A stretch of 64,000 nt of DNA, from assembly GCA_025963485.1 (NCBI GenBank), contig JAOQAO010000074.1, positions 7,222 through 71,221 on the forward strand, in the 5' to 3' direction. The translations under genes and the position numbers were made by a program. The DNA is from Bacteroidota bacterium. GTDB lineage: Bacteria; Bacteroidota; Bacteroidia; Chitinophagales; LD1. A model generated the notes under the pieces. It had not been told where the DNA came from, did not search any database, and was given only the letters and a program-made list of their open reading frames with translations. Below are positions 26,975-36,889 of the stretch, piece by piece; position 1 is the first letter of the stretch; every line of letters begins with the position of its first letter.

Positions 26975-27291
26975 TTCTTTTTGGTTTTTATGTGATGTAA
27001 TACGTTGTCGAGTTGATCGAATCTGTCCTCCCACATTTTCTGGAAGGGCTCCATCCAGTCGGTTATTTCTTTCATGGCTTTGAGATTGAAGTGGTAATAG
27101 ATCTCCCTGCCTTTCTCCTCCGGCGTGAGAAGCTTGCACTCAGTGAGTATCTTGATATGATTTGACACCGCCTGACGGCTCGTGTCGAAGTGCTCAGCCA
27201 CTGCATTGGGGGTCATGGCATGAAGGGCGATAAGGCCCAGTATAGCCCTGCGGGTCGGATCAGATATGGCTTGAAATACGTCTCTTCTCAT
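26971..27291 (-). CDS. ArsR/SmtB-family transcriptional regulator
   Basis: [21 protein letters not shown]...[14 protein letters not shown] is a winged HTH. Confidence 0.85.
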   Translation of the reverse strand: MRRDVFQAISDPTRRAILGLIALHAMTPNAVAEHFDTSRQAVSNHIKILTECKLLTPEEKGREIYYHFNLKAMKEITDWMEPFQKMWEDRFDQLDNVLHHIKTKKK

Positions 27292-27392
27292 TTGTTTATT
27301 TGCTTTATGCAAGTGATCGATTGCAAATATATGTGCAATTAATCGCTTGCGCAAATTTATTTGCAAAAAAAATGTGCCTGTGTGTGAGAACG

Positions 27393-27950
27393 CTATTTCT
27401 CTAACCCGGAATATTTCTGATAAACAGCTCTGTAGCCCATCATGCGCGCCAGCGGCGCTACCGTATTCATCAGTACCTTCTGCACACCGACTGGCATACC
27501 GGCGAGATAGGCTTTGCTATCGAGATATTTGAGTATGACGAGTTCCTGAACGAGGCCTGCTTTACCATTCTTTACTTTGCCATCTTTAGTAAGACCGATC
27601 AGCGTTTCAAAGAGATGCTCGATGTCGAGTCCAGGTGAAACGGTCTGTGTGAAAATGACAGGCTTATCGCTAAAGTTGTAGTGGTTGTGAGGAATATTTT
27701 TGGGCAGGGCCATCTTCTGGCCAGAGGTGAGGGTATGTGTCTTGCCATCGAGCTTGATCGTCAGGTCTCCGCTAAGGACCTCAAAATGTTCGTCCTGCAA
27801 AACATGGAAATGATCAGGGACCAACTCACCTTTGGTATGTAGGGTCATCTTGATAGTCGTCCTCTGTCCTACTGTGTCATTGGCAGTTTCCAGAAACTCA
27901 TAGATATCTCCGGTCACAGGGTTTTCGAGTATCAGTCCTTTGTGCGCCAT
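27393..27950 (-). CDS. Cupin-domain protein
   Basis: [26 protein letters not shown]...[11 protein letters not shown] shows cupin motifs 1 and 2. Start chosen at MAHKGLIL. Confidence 0.65.
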   Translation of the reverse strand: MAHKGLILENPVTGDIYEFLETANDTVGQRTTIKMTLHTKGELVPDHFHVLQDEHFEVLSGDLTIKLDGKTHTLTSGQKMALPKNIPHNHYNFSDKPVIFTQTVSPGLDIEHLFETLIGLTKDGKVKNGKAGLVQELVILKYLDSKAYLAGMPVGVQKVLMNTVAPLARMMGYRAVYQKYSGLEK

Positions 27951-28334
27951 GGCATAGTTTTGATTAAATGTAGCTTTTATCTGATAAAAAGACAATTCTG
28001 ATATCTGGCTTTTTACCGACCATTATTCGCCCTACTATGGGATACTAAATCCACTAAAATGGCAAGTAGTTTCACATAAAAAATATGCTGCAAAAAACAC
28101 ACAAATCAGAGATATTATGACATCCATAATACCAATGCGAAACAACATACCCATAGCCTCCGGGCAAAGGTCAAAATATCCTCAAAGACGGCAAGTGCTT
28201 GCTCTAATTCCCTTATTGAGCAAGCTATTGAGCGAAGTGCGCTGCTATTCTCGGGACCTATATATAGGCTATGACTGCATCTGTCTATGATGGCATAGCA
28301 TATGCCTTATAAGAAGTAGTTAAATACAACTGTC

Positions 28335-28853
28335 ATGAAAAAGCTTATTACATCTATTATATCCTCTCTCACTCTTTGCTCTCTGGCTTGCAGCCAGTCT
28401 ATTTCTTCAAACGGCAACGCTACAGCGACCGCATCAGGTGGCTATGAATATCCCAAACCGGAAACCATCACATGGAAAGATGACAGGGTAGCCAGCAGGA
28501 GAGATTTCTATGCTGCCAAAACGGCCTTTGATCCGACAGCTGAATATGAGCCGATTTATAACCAAAGCGCATCCACGGGCCTGACGCCAAAACTCGAAAG
28601 AGGAGTCGCTAAACTGATGGATGGAAATGCGCAAGTACAAGTGGTTTATTATAATAATGCATCTGTAGGTACTATACTCAGACTTTGCAACCCTAATAAC
28701 GGAAAGGTCACGTACGCTATCGTAGTGGGCAAAATACCTCCCACCGAGGGCAATAGCTACCTGCTGATGCTGAGCGAAAGAGTGGCGCGCAACCTGGGAA
28801 TGAAGGACTACTCAAGTATAGAGTCGATCTGCTACACGCCGGCAACGCGCTAG
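28335..28853 (+). CDS. Hypothetical lipoprotein
   Basis: Signal/lipobox MKKLITSIISSLTLCSLAC. I recognise no motif. Confidence 0.55.
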   Translation: MKKLITSIISSLTLCSLACSQSISSNGNATATASGGYEYPKPETITWKDDRVASRRDFYAAKTAFDPTAEYEPIYNQSASTGLTPKLERGVAKLMDGNAQVQVVYYNNASVGTILRLCNPNNGKVTYAIVVGKIPPTEGNSYLLMLSERVARNLGMKDYSSIESICYTPATR

Positions 28854-29011
28854 ATCAGTCACCCCAACTTGGCATAATATTGGCATAACCATATATATGA
28901 GTGACCGTGATGCTCAGGCATCGCGGCTCTGCGCTGTATGTCATCATCTATTTTGACAGTCAAAATATTGATTACATTGGCGATGAAAATTGAAACCCAC
29001 AACAGAGACAG

Positions 29012-29314
29012 ATGAAAGATTCGATAAAAACCTTACTGGGCATAGGCATCACTATAGGCCTGTCTGACAGGGACAAGTTCGTAAATCAGGTATCTGAGGT
29101 CATCGGCCAATACCAACAAGATCCGGAGAAGGGAGACAAATGGGCGCATACCCTCGTGGAATACCTGGAGCAAATGAGGAATAATATAAACCTCGAAAAT
29201 GCCATACAGGGCGCGATCAAAAATGAATTAATGCCGGACAAAGCCCATATCGAAGAGCTCACCAAGGCGATCAAAGAGCTGACCGCCGAACTACAAAAAA
29301 AGAAAACCCCATAA
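29012..29314 (+). CDS. Small helical protein, possibly phasin-like
   Basis: 100 aa, all-helical and charged (LLGIGITIGLSDRDKFVNQVSEVIG...IEELTKAIKELTAELQKK). It ends 9 nt before the ABC1 kinase gene. Confidence 0.45.
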   Translation: MKDSIKTLLGIGITIGLSDRDKFVNQVSEVIGQYQQDPEKGDKWAHTLVEYLEQMRNNINLENAIQGAIKNELMPDKAHIEELTKAIKELTAELQKKKTP

Positions 29315-29323
29315 CCCTCACCC

Positions 29324-30973
29324 ATGTTTGGAATCTTCCGCATACGCCTTTTATTCCTTCGTACAGGCCGTGGCCTTGACATCACGTTTACGATGCTGGG
29401 CTTCTTCCTGATCAACTGGATGAGCGGACATAAATCCCTGTACTCACTGATCCCAGCTAAATACCGTAAAAATGGCGGTGTGTTATCCATGCCTGAGCGG
29501 CTGCGGCTGGTGATAGAGAAACTGGGGCCCACCTTCGTGAAGTTTGGCCAGATACTCGCGGACAGGCCAGACATCATATCTGAGAAGCTCAGGATAGAGC
29601 TGAAGAAGCTCCAGTCGTGCGTAGAACCTATCGATCATGACCTGGCGAAAAATCTGATAGAGGAGCAACTCGGTGGCCCTTTAGAAAAGTATTTCTCCAG
29701 TTTAGACCTCTCCGGCTGCATAGGCTCGGCCTCTATCGGCCAGGTATACCGCGCCAGGCTGCTCACCGGCGAGGATGTCGTAGTCAAGATACAACGACCG
29801 GATATAGAAAATAAGATCGAACTGGACCTGCACCTGCTCAGGTACCTCACCAAACGGATCGTAGAGGAATACCCCGGCCTGACGGCTATCGACATCATAG
29901 GGTTTGTGGATGAGTTTGGCAATACGCTAAAGATGGAGATGAACTATACCAATGAGGCCTCCAATATCTCCAGGTTCAGGGAGATATTCAAAAACACTCC
30001 CTACTGTAAGATACCTAAAGTATATATCGAGATATCTACCCCCCGGATGCTGGTCATGGAGTACGTGACCGGACTGCCTGCCAACGATGTCATAGCTCTC
30101 AGAGCAGCCGGCCTCGACCCCAGGCAGGTAGCGGAGAACGGTATCAATATCATGCTGACCATGATATTCAAGAACGGTTTCTTTCACGCGGATCCCCATG
30201 CGGGCAATCTCTTCGTACAGGCGGATAACCGGATAGCGCTGATAGATTTCGGCATGGTAGGGACGCTGAAACCCGTGCAAATGCAATTCCTAGCAGGCTT
30301 CATCCTCGGGCTGGCTACGAGCAATGCGCGGATCATTACCGATTCACTCCTCACCCTATGTGACAAGAAATTCTTTGCAGAGAAGGACGATCTGGAATTT
30401 TTCATCCACGATATGCTCACTCGTCATAGTTCCTTTGATTATGAAAAGATGAACTTCTCGCAGATACTCAATGAGAGCATCAGGATCATACTGAGGTTTG
30501 AACTGAAGATACCCGGAAGCATATACCTGCTGCTCAAAGCGATCGCCACTATAGAGAAATTTGGTGCGGAACTCGACCCCGATATATCCCTGACCAATCT
30601 CATCCGCCCATACGCAGAGGATATGGTCAAACAGCGCTACTCACCATCGTCCATAGCAGGCGAGATATATGATACACTCCGCGACTATACCATGCTCATT
30701 CGCGATTTCCCCGCTGAGATGAATGAGATTCTGTATAAAATGAAACAGGGTAAATTTATCCATGAGATACATATGGGCGATGCCTCGACGCTGGGCAAAT
30801 CTGCCAAAAGTATCGGCGCTACAGTGGGTATCATCATGATATTGGGATTCCTGTTTCTCGGCTCGGTGGCTATGAGCATCTGGGCGCATCCGTCATGGAT
30901 GGGCAATGTGCTTTTTGGAATCACTTCGGTACTGGCATTATGGTATCTGTCCAGCCTTTTGGTTCGCACGTAG
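29324..30973 (+). CDS. ABC1/UbiB-family atypical kinase with C-terminal TM helices
   Basis: KFGQILADRPDIIS, ASIGQVYRA, VVKIQRP, FFHADPHAGNL and IDFGMVG. Confidence 0.85.
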   Translation: MFGIFRIRLLFLRTGRGLDITFTMLGFFLINWMSGHKSLYSLIPAKYRKNGGVLSMPERLRLVIEKLGPTFVKFGQILADRPDIISEKLRIELKKLQSCVEPIDHDLAKNLIEEQLGGPLEKYFSSLDLSGCIGSASIGQVYRARLLTGEDVVVKIQRPDIENKIELDLHLLRYLTKRIVEEYPGLTAIDIIGFVDEFGNTLKMEMNYTNEASNISRFREIFKNTPYCKIPKVYIEISTPRMLVMEYVTGLPANDVIALRAAGLDPRQVAENGINIMLTMIFKNGFFHADPHAGNLFVQADNRIALIDFGMVGTLKPVQMQFLAGFILGLATSNARIITDSLLTLCDKKFFAEKDDLEFFIHDMLTRHSSFDYEKMNFSQILNESIRIILRFELKIPGSIYLLLKAIATIEKFGAELDPDISLTNLIRPYAEDMVKQRYSPSSIAGEIYDTLRDYTMLIRDFPAEMNEILYKMKQGKFIHEIHMGDASTLGKSAKSIGATVGIIMILGFLFLGSVAMSIWAHPSWMGNVLFGITSVLALWYLSSLLVRT

Positions 30974-30979
30974 TCGCTG

Positions 30980-31582
30980 TTATTTCGTCGGCCCCACTTT
31001 CAGCCAGCCTGTGATACTCATTCTTGGTTTGTGTGTCATCAGTACCTCATGCTCCAGTTCGCTACTGCGAAAAAACACACTCTTGCCATCCAGCGGAGAT
31101 ATATTCTGAGGCAGGCTATCCTGATAGATACAGAGCTCGCCGCCATCGGCCAGCTGCCAATCAGCATTGAGGTACATGATCATCGAGTATTGCCGGCTGC
31201 CGTCATTGCAGAATTGGTCGAGATGCCTCTTATAAAAGCTGCCTTCGCCATATCGCGCATAGTGAAACTCATAGCCGGTAATACCTGTGTAGCAAGTTTC
31301 ATTGAGGTATGATACGAACCGGTCCATCAGATCAAAAAAGCCATTCTCATGCGCGTCATTATGGCCCCGGTCGAGCCAGTAGATCATATCACCGCGAATG
31401 GACTTGTCATGAGATACCAAGGCTTCATTACCTGTACCAGCATGGAGGAGCAGCTTTGCTGCAAAGAGTTTGATGAGGTTTTCCCGGAGGTCCGCAGCGA
31501 GGCCTGCAGGGAGGAAATGATCCGCTATGCCTATTTTGTCTTTGACGAAACTATCTATGAGGGTGTCGAATATTTTTGAGAT
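30980..31582 (-). CDS. 2OG-Fe(II) oxygenase (prolyl-4-hydroxylase-like) with an apparently non-canonical start
   Basis: The ORF track starts at TTG 31420, but the frame stays open upstream to a TAG at ~31607-31609 and encodes family-like sequence (SKIFDTLIDSFVKDKIGIADHFLPAGLAADLRENL...). There is no ATG/GTG/TTG in that stretch. ATC at 31582-31580 sits where an ATG would be expected. HxD...H is present in YKRHLDQF and LEHEV. Confidence 0.6.
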   Translation of the reverse strand: MSKIFDTLIDSFVKDKIGIADHFLPAGLAADLRENLIKLFAAKLLLHAGTGNEALVSHDKSIRGDMIYWLDRGHNDAHENGFFDLMDRFVSYLNETCYTGITGYEFHYARYGEGSFYKRHLDQFCNDGSRQYSMIMYLNADWQLADGGELCIYQDSLPQNISPLDGKSVFFRSSELEHEVLMTHKPRMSITGWLKVGPTK

Positions 31583-31705
31583 AAAGGTGTTTGCGCTGTA
31601 CGCGGCAGACTACCGGCAGGTGTATGAAGGTAAGCATTATTTAATGCCAGGCCATCTGGCAGCACAAAGCAACTTTGTTATCTTTAATACCTAAACTCCC
31701 CCTAC

Positions 31706-32539
31706 GTGAAAAACTTCAACCAAAAGATCATCGTCATCACAGGTGCCGGCTCAGGTATGGGCCGCTATATGGCCATCCGGCTTGCCGCAGAGGGAGCGAC
31801 CGTCCTGCTCTCTGATATCAATGAGGAAGGACTGAATGAAACTAAAAGTATGATCGAAGAAGGCAAGGGCCTTTGCAAAACATACAAAGTAGATGTGGGG
31901 GACAAAGAGCAAGTGTATGCCTTTGCAGCAAGTGTGATCGCAGAGTTCAAATACATAGACGTGCTGATCAATAATGCCGGCATGTCTATCGGCGAGGCCA
32001 CGCTCAATGAGATACCACTAGCCGACTTTGAGAAACTGATCAATGTAAATATGTGGGGGGTAATACACCATACCAAAGCCTTCCTCGATGTGATGCTCAC
32101 CCGCCCTGAAGCGGCGATAGTAAATACCTCAAGTGTGTTTGGCCTGATGGGTATACCGAGCCAGATACCTTATTGCGTGTCTAAATTTGCTGTACGGGGA
32201 TTCACCGATTCACTACGGCTGGAACTGAAAGGCACAAATGTGGCAGTCACCTGTGTACATCCGGGCGGTATTGATACTAATATAGTGAGCAACGGAATCC
32301 ATTATAAAGACAAAGAGGCAACCGTAGCACAGTTCAAACGGGTGGTGATCACATCGGCAGACAAGGCTGCCGCCATTATCATCAGCGCCATCCAGAAAAA
32401 ATCAAAACGAGTGATGGTCGGGCCAGATGCCAAACTGATCCGCTTTATGACGCAGCTTTCACCCAATACAGTGGATAGGGTGATCCTGAAAAGAAAAGCA
32501 GATTTTGACCGGAAGAAGGCATTGAATAAAACTACTTAG
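31706..32539 (+). CDS. Short-chain dehydrogenase/reductase (SDR)
   Basis: TGAGSGMG (TGxxxGxG), NNAG and YCVSK (YxxxK), with a GTG start. Confidence 0.9.
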   Translation: MKNFNQKIIVITGAGSGMGRYMAIRLAAEGATVLLSDINEEGLNETKSMIEEGKGLCKTYKVDVGDKEQVYAFAASVIAEFKYIDVLINNAGMSIGEATLNEIPLADFEKLINVNMWGVIHHTKAFLDVMLTRPEAAIVNTSSVFGLMGIPSQIPYCVSKFAVRGFTDSLRLELKGTNVAVTCVHPGGIDTNIVSNGIHYKDKEATVAQFKRVVITSADKAAAIIISAIQKKSKRVMVGPDAKLIRFMTQLSPNTVDRVILKRKADFDRKKALNKTT

Positions 32540-33089
32540 GCCACCGCGATGTTAATGCCCGGGCCAGTTGACCGGTAGTGATAGAACTAATGCCATACAG
32601 AAAGGGCAACCAATAAGTAACACCAAATATCTCAGGACGCGCATAGTAATATGAGTGGTAATGCACTTGTAAGACCTCTGCCGCTGTCCCGAATATCGCC
32701 ACCAGCACAGCTGCAAGAATAGCGTACCCGTGACGGTCAAATAGCAGTGAAGAGAGTATGAAGCCGCCGATCAGGATCATGAGGATCACCGAATTGCTAA
32801 TAAACATACAGGCAGAGAGGAAGTAAAATACACCAAGAAGTAGCATTGAAGCTATGGCATTTTTCCAGTTTGCCACCAGTGATTCTTTGCGAAGGTTCTT
32901 ATCAAAAAATATGGTCAGCATACCGATAGATACACCGGCAAAACCAAACAGCAGATAACTGCTCCAATCCATCAGCGGATTGCTGTGCACGTCAGTGATA
33001 GGTATAGCACCCATAAAGGCATGAAGCGAGTTATAGCCATTGCCCACTATCGCGCCAAAGAGAAATAAAGCCAATGCTGTCCGCCACAT
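32532..33089 (-). CDS. Hypothetical multi-TM membrane protein
   Basis: 185-aa hydrophobic ORF that overlaps the SDR stop by 8 nt (convergent). Confidence 0.55.
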   Translation of the reverse strand: MWRTALALFLFGAIVGNGYNSLHAFMGAIPITDVHSNPLMDWSSYLLFGFAGVSIGMLTIFFDKNLRKESLVANWKNAIASMLLLGVFYFLSACMFISNSVILMILIGGFILSSLLFDRHGYAILAAVLVAIFGTAAEVLQVHYHSYYYARPEIFGVTYWLPFLYGISSITTGQLARALTSRWPK

Positions 33090-33154
33090 AGATGCAAATA
33101 AAACATATTGCCCGCCAATGTTCCGGCGATTAAATGAATTATTAGATTTACCGC

Positions 33155-33502
33155 ATGATCAGGATATACGGCATCAAGAACTGCGACACTATGCAGAAGG
33201 CAATGAAATGGCTCGACGCCAAGAAAGTGAAGTATGAATTTCACAACTATAAAGAATCCGGGATAGACAAGGCCACGCTCGAAATCTGGCTGAAGCATTT
33301 CCCAACGGATAAACTCATCAATACTAAGGGTACCACCTACCGTGCCCTCACCGACGCTGAGAAAGCAAGTATCGGTACCAAGGCAAAAGCTATCTCGCTA
33401 ATGCTTAAAAACACATCGCTGATCAAGCGCCCCGTCTGGGACTTTGGCGATGGGAGGTTCTTCCTGGGTTGGGATGAAAAAGCAGTCTCCGGAATGCTAT
33501 GA
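33155..33502 (+). CDS. ArsC/Spx-family reductase-like protein (YffB type)
   Basis: MIRIYGIKNCDTMQKAMKWLD...LIKRPV is the typical YffB pattern. Confidence 0.85.
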   Translation: MIRIYGIKNCDTMQKAMKWLDAKKVKYEFHNYKESGIDKATLEIWLKHFPTDKLINTKGTTYRALTDAEKASIGTKAKAISLMLKNTSLIKRPVWDFGDGRFFLGWDEKAVSGML

Positions 33503-33660
33503 TCCTGGACAAAAATATTCATTTTAATCTATTATAATTCAACAGGCTATAGCAGCTGAGCTGGCATTATTTGTCACAGCAGATACGATTTGGTCATGAT
33601 CACGGAGCAGGTGTATTTACCTTTGCATCGTGATCATTCTTCATATCAAAATCTAAAACA

Positions 33661-34371
33661 ATGAAAAGCTTATCAGTTATCACGATCCTTACTGTACTCT
33701 TGCTATCTGCATGCCACAAAGGCAGTGACGGTTCTACGAATAACCCTAACGACAAAACCCATATACAGTTTGTCAGCGCCTCACCCTCCGAGCAGAATCC
33801 TGACCTGTACCTGCTGGGCAGCAGTGCACCACAGATCGCAGGTTTCTACTACTATCTCTCTACCGGCTATGATCAGCCCCGTATAGACGACCTGACAGTC
33901 ACTATTAAAGATGGTACCCACGGCACAGTGCTCACTTCTCCACCCCTGGGATGCAGCAAAGACTCCTTCTATACCTGGTTCCTGTATGATACCTTTCCTA
34001 ATTTGAAGTACTTCATGACGACTGATGTGATGTGGCCATCAGTACCGGCTGGTAAAGCTGCGGTAAAATTCGTCAACCTTTCTCCTAATGCGGGTCCTAT
34101 CATGTACAGAGTACAAGGTCAATCGGCGCTCACACCGGCGCTGGGTTATGCCAGTACCAGTCCTTTGACAGCAGCGTCATCTTTTATACAGATAGATACC
34201 GGGTGGCATACTATAGAGGTGGTCGATGCCAATACCAATCAAGTGATCGACAGCCTCCACGCGGGCCAGCTCAAAACCGACCAGGGCAGCTACTATACCC
34301 TATGGACCACAGGATACCGTGGCGCTACAGGGCAGAATGAAATCTACACTGGCTGGACGCAGGACCACTGA
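33661..34371 (+). CDS. Hypothetical lipoprotein (possibly DUF4397-like)
   Basis: Lipobox LLLSAC. The beta-rich repeats with VNLSPNAGP resemble DUF4397, from memory only. Confidence 0.55.
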   Translation: MKSLSVITILTVLLLSACHKGSDGSTNNPNDKTHIQFVSASPSEQNPDLYLLGSSAPQIAGFYYYLSTGYDQPRIDDLTVTIKDGTHGTVLTSPPLGCSKDSFYTWFLYDTFPNLKYFMTTDVMWPSVPAGKAAVKFVNLSPNAGPIMYRVQGQSALTPALGYASTSPLTAASSFIQIDTGWHTIEVVDANTNQVIDSLHAGQLKTDQGSYYTLWTTGYRGATGQNEIYTGWTQDH

Positions 34372-34374
34372 TGA

Positions 34375-34923
34375 CTATCTGGTCCATGTACTCGTGAATG
34401 TAGCGAGGCTTGCACCCAATGAATCACCTATCTGGCAACTTAGATGGATAGTCCCTCCGGAGATACTCCCGCTACCGTGGATATAAAGCTGGCCAACATC
34501 GGGCTTTTGTATCGGGATGGTAATAACGGAGCCTTTGCAGGTGGCAGCCACTGTATTGGTAAAGTTGCTGCCAGCTACATGCAGCAGATAAACCTGGTCT
34601 ATCTGATTAGTCGAGACCAGTACTGACGAGTTATAATTGCCACTGCCGCCGTGATCGTCTGTTTCCGATACGTGGTATCCTGAATACAGGAATTTGATCC
34701 GGGACAAAGTGCTGCAGTCTGATCCTTCGTAGCCATTCTTGCAAGAGTCGCAATGCTCTCCGATAAAATTGGGAGGACAGCTGCATCGCCCGTCAGCGCA
34801 GCTCCCGCCATTCAGGCAAAACTCGGAGGCACAGGCATCGGGGTGTGAGCAGCCACTAATAGCTACCAGTGTCATAGCCACCAGTATCAGGAGGCAAAAA
34901 GAATACGTTTTATACAAGTTCAT
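34375..34923 (-). CDS. Lipoprotein with an EGF-like cysteine-rich domain
   Basis: Lipobox VAISGC, then CASEFCLNGGSCADGRCSCPPNFIGEHC (spacing C-x4-C-x5-C-x4-C-x-C-x8-C) plus CKNGYEGSDC. Confidence 0.6.
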   Translation of the reverse strand: MNLYKTYSFCLLILVAMTLVAISGCSHPDACASEFCLNGGSCADGRCSCPPNFIGEHCDSCKNGYEGSDCSTLSRIKFLYSGYHVSETDDHGGSGNYNSSVLVSTNQIDQVYLLHVAGSNFTNTVAATCKGSVITIPIQKPDVGQLYIHGSGSISGGTIHLSCQIGDSLGASLATFTSTWTR

Positions 34924-34999
34924 CTAGTGTGTTTTGTGCAAATATATAAAACCAAAGGATTCAGAAATTCTTTATTATAGCTGGTACAATCAAACAGAC

Positions 35000-35581
35000 A
35001 TGCAAAGTATAACGGTCTTTTGCGGAGCCAGTAGCGGCGACGGGGAAGTTTATAACAGTCAGGCGAAAGCACTTGGTAAGGTTCTCGCACAAAGAGGGAT
35101 CCGCGTGATCTATGGTGGTGCGCATATCGGTGTGATGGGCGCTGTGGCTGAGGGAGCGCTGGAGGCTGGAGGCTTGGTAACCGGTGTGATACCGAAGTTC
35201 CTCCAATCGAAAGAAGTGGCCCATCAGGGACTGTCTGAGATGATCATAGTCGATACGATGCACGAGCGCAAGATGAAGATGCAAGACCTCTGCGATGGTT
35301 TCATAGCCCTGCCGGGAGGCTTCGGCACGCTGGAAGAACTTTTTGAGGTACTGACATGGGCACAGCTTGGCCTTCACCAAAAACCCATTGCACTGCTTAA
35401 TACCAATGGTTATTATGATAGCCTTATAGCGATGATCGATACAATGATAGATCGTGCATTCCTTAAAGTAGCTTATCGCCAAATGCTGCTCGTGAGTAAT
35501 GATATAAACGACCTGCTCCGGCAGATGGAAAACTACAAAGCCCCGGAGGTGGAGAAATGGATCACACATGAAACGACCTGA
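35000..35581 (+). CDS. LOG-family nucleotide phosphoribohydrolase (TIGR00730-type)
   Basis: ITVFCGASSG, VIYGGAHIGVMGAVA and ALPGGFGTLEELFE (PGGxGTxxE). Confidence 0.85.
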   Translation: MQSITVFCGASSGDGEVYNSQAKALGKVLAQRGIRVIYGGAHIGVMGAVAEGALEAGGLVTGVIPKFLQSKEVAHQGLSEMIIVDTMHERKMKMQDLCDGFIALPGGFGTLEELFEVLTWAQLGLHQKPIALLNTNGYYDSLIAMIDTMIDRAFLKVAYRQMLLVSNDINDLLRQMENYKAPEVEKWITHETT

Positions 35582-35638
35582 TCTGCTCCGTTTGTAAAAA
35601 TAACGGTTACTATTTCTGAGAATATTTACTTTAGGCAT

Positions 35639-36874
35639 ATGCAACAAAAGACCGGGCGCAACCCGATACTTTCCATTTTCATTACCGTCTTCATCGATAT
35701 GCTCGGCGTAGGTATTATCATCCCTATTTTCGCGCCCCTTATTGTACAGAACGATCTCGGCATCGTGCCCGCGCATTTCAGCAAGGAAGACAGGCAGATC
35801 ATATATGGATTCCTGACTGCCACCTTCTCCTTATTTCAGTTCTTTGGCGCGCCGATACTCGGTGCCCTGGCAGACAGATATGGCAGGAAGCGCGTTCTCA
35901 ACTTCACACTGGTCGGCACTTTTGTCGGTTATGTATTTTTTGCGGGAGCGGTACATATCAAGATACTGGCGCTGCTCTTCATAGCCCGTGCTATACCGGG
36001 CTTCATGGGTGGAAATATTTCCATCGCACTGGCTGCTTTATCCGACCTAAGCGATGACAAATCAAAGGCTAAAAACTTCGGTCTGGTAGGTATGGCGTTT
36101 GGATTAGGCTTTATCCTTGGTCCCGCTATCGGTGGCGCGCTGAGCAAATACGACTACTCCTATCCGCTTATTTTCACGGCCTTCCTGACGTTTATCAATA
36201 TCATCCTCGTGTACGTCCAGTTCCCGGAGACCTTCAAACCAAAAGTCGTCCGCCCGATCTCTTTGATCGCGGGTTTCCAAAATATTGCAAAGGCCTTTTC
36301 CTACAAAGAAATGCGGGTGATACTGCTGGTGCTGTTCCTTATGAACTTTGGCTTTACTTTCTTCACACAGTTCTTCCCTGTATTTATGATCGATAAATTT
36401 AATGTCAGCAAAGAAGCTATTGGGTACATCTTCGGATTTGTCGGTATCTGGATGGTGGTCACGCAGGGCTTTATCGTCCGTAAGCTCGCACCGCTATTCA
36501 GTCCTCCGCAGATACTTCGCTTCTCCATCGTAGCGCTCGGTGTAGCTGTATTATTGAACCTCGCTCCTTCTACCCTATTGGGTCTGTATGCCGTGCAGCC
36601 TTTACTGGCCATTGCGCAGGGCCTGACTCAGCCGAATATCACGAGCATCATCTCCTCTCTGGGTACTACAGAAAATCAGGGAGAGATACTGGGCATACAG
36701 GCATCTGTGCAATCATTGGCATTCTCCATACCACCTATTATAGCGGGCTTTATATGCAACCTGGATTTCAGGTATCCGATCATGGCGGGCAGCCTTTGCC
36801 TGTTACTATCGGGATTGATATTCATTTTTGTATTTACCCCCCGTATGCATATCGTAAAGGAATCGGTCAATTAG
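35639..36874 (+). CDS. MFS transporter (Tet/TCR-like drug:H+ antiporter)
   Basis: 12 TM helices with motif A GALADRYGRKRVL. Confidence 0.85.
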   Translation: MQQKTGRNPILSIFITVFIDMLGVGIIIPIFAPLIVQNDLGIVPAHFSKEDRQIIYGFLTATFSLFQFFGAPILGALADRYGRKRVLNFTLVGTFVGYVFFAGAVHIKILALLFIARAIPGFMGGNISIALAALSDLSDDKSKAKNFGLVGMAFGLGFILGPAIGGALSKYDYSYPLIFTAFLTFINIILVYVQFPETFKPKVVRPISLIAGFQNIAKAFSYKEMRVILLVLFLMNFGFTFFTQFFPVFMIDKFNVSKEAIGYIFGFVGIWMVVTQGFIVRKLAPLFSPPQILRFSIVALGVAVLLNLAPSTLLGLYAVQPLLAIAQGLTQPNITSIISSLGTTENQGEILGIQASVQSLAFSIPPIIAGFICNLDFRYPIMAGSLCLLLSGLIFIFVFTPRMHIVKESVN

Positions 36875-36889
36875 ATTGACGCTAAGAAC

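Noticed and set aside
34961-35776. 271-aa minus-strand ORF overlapping the LOG gene and the MFS gene start
   Set aside because: Both plus-strand genes carry clear family motifs (PGGxGTxxE; MFS motif A). The antisense translation is low-complexity and spans an intergenic region.
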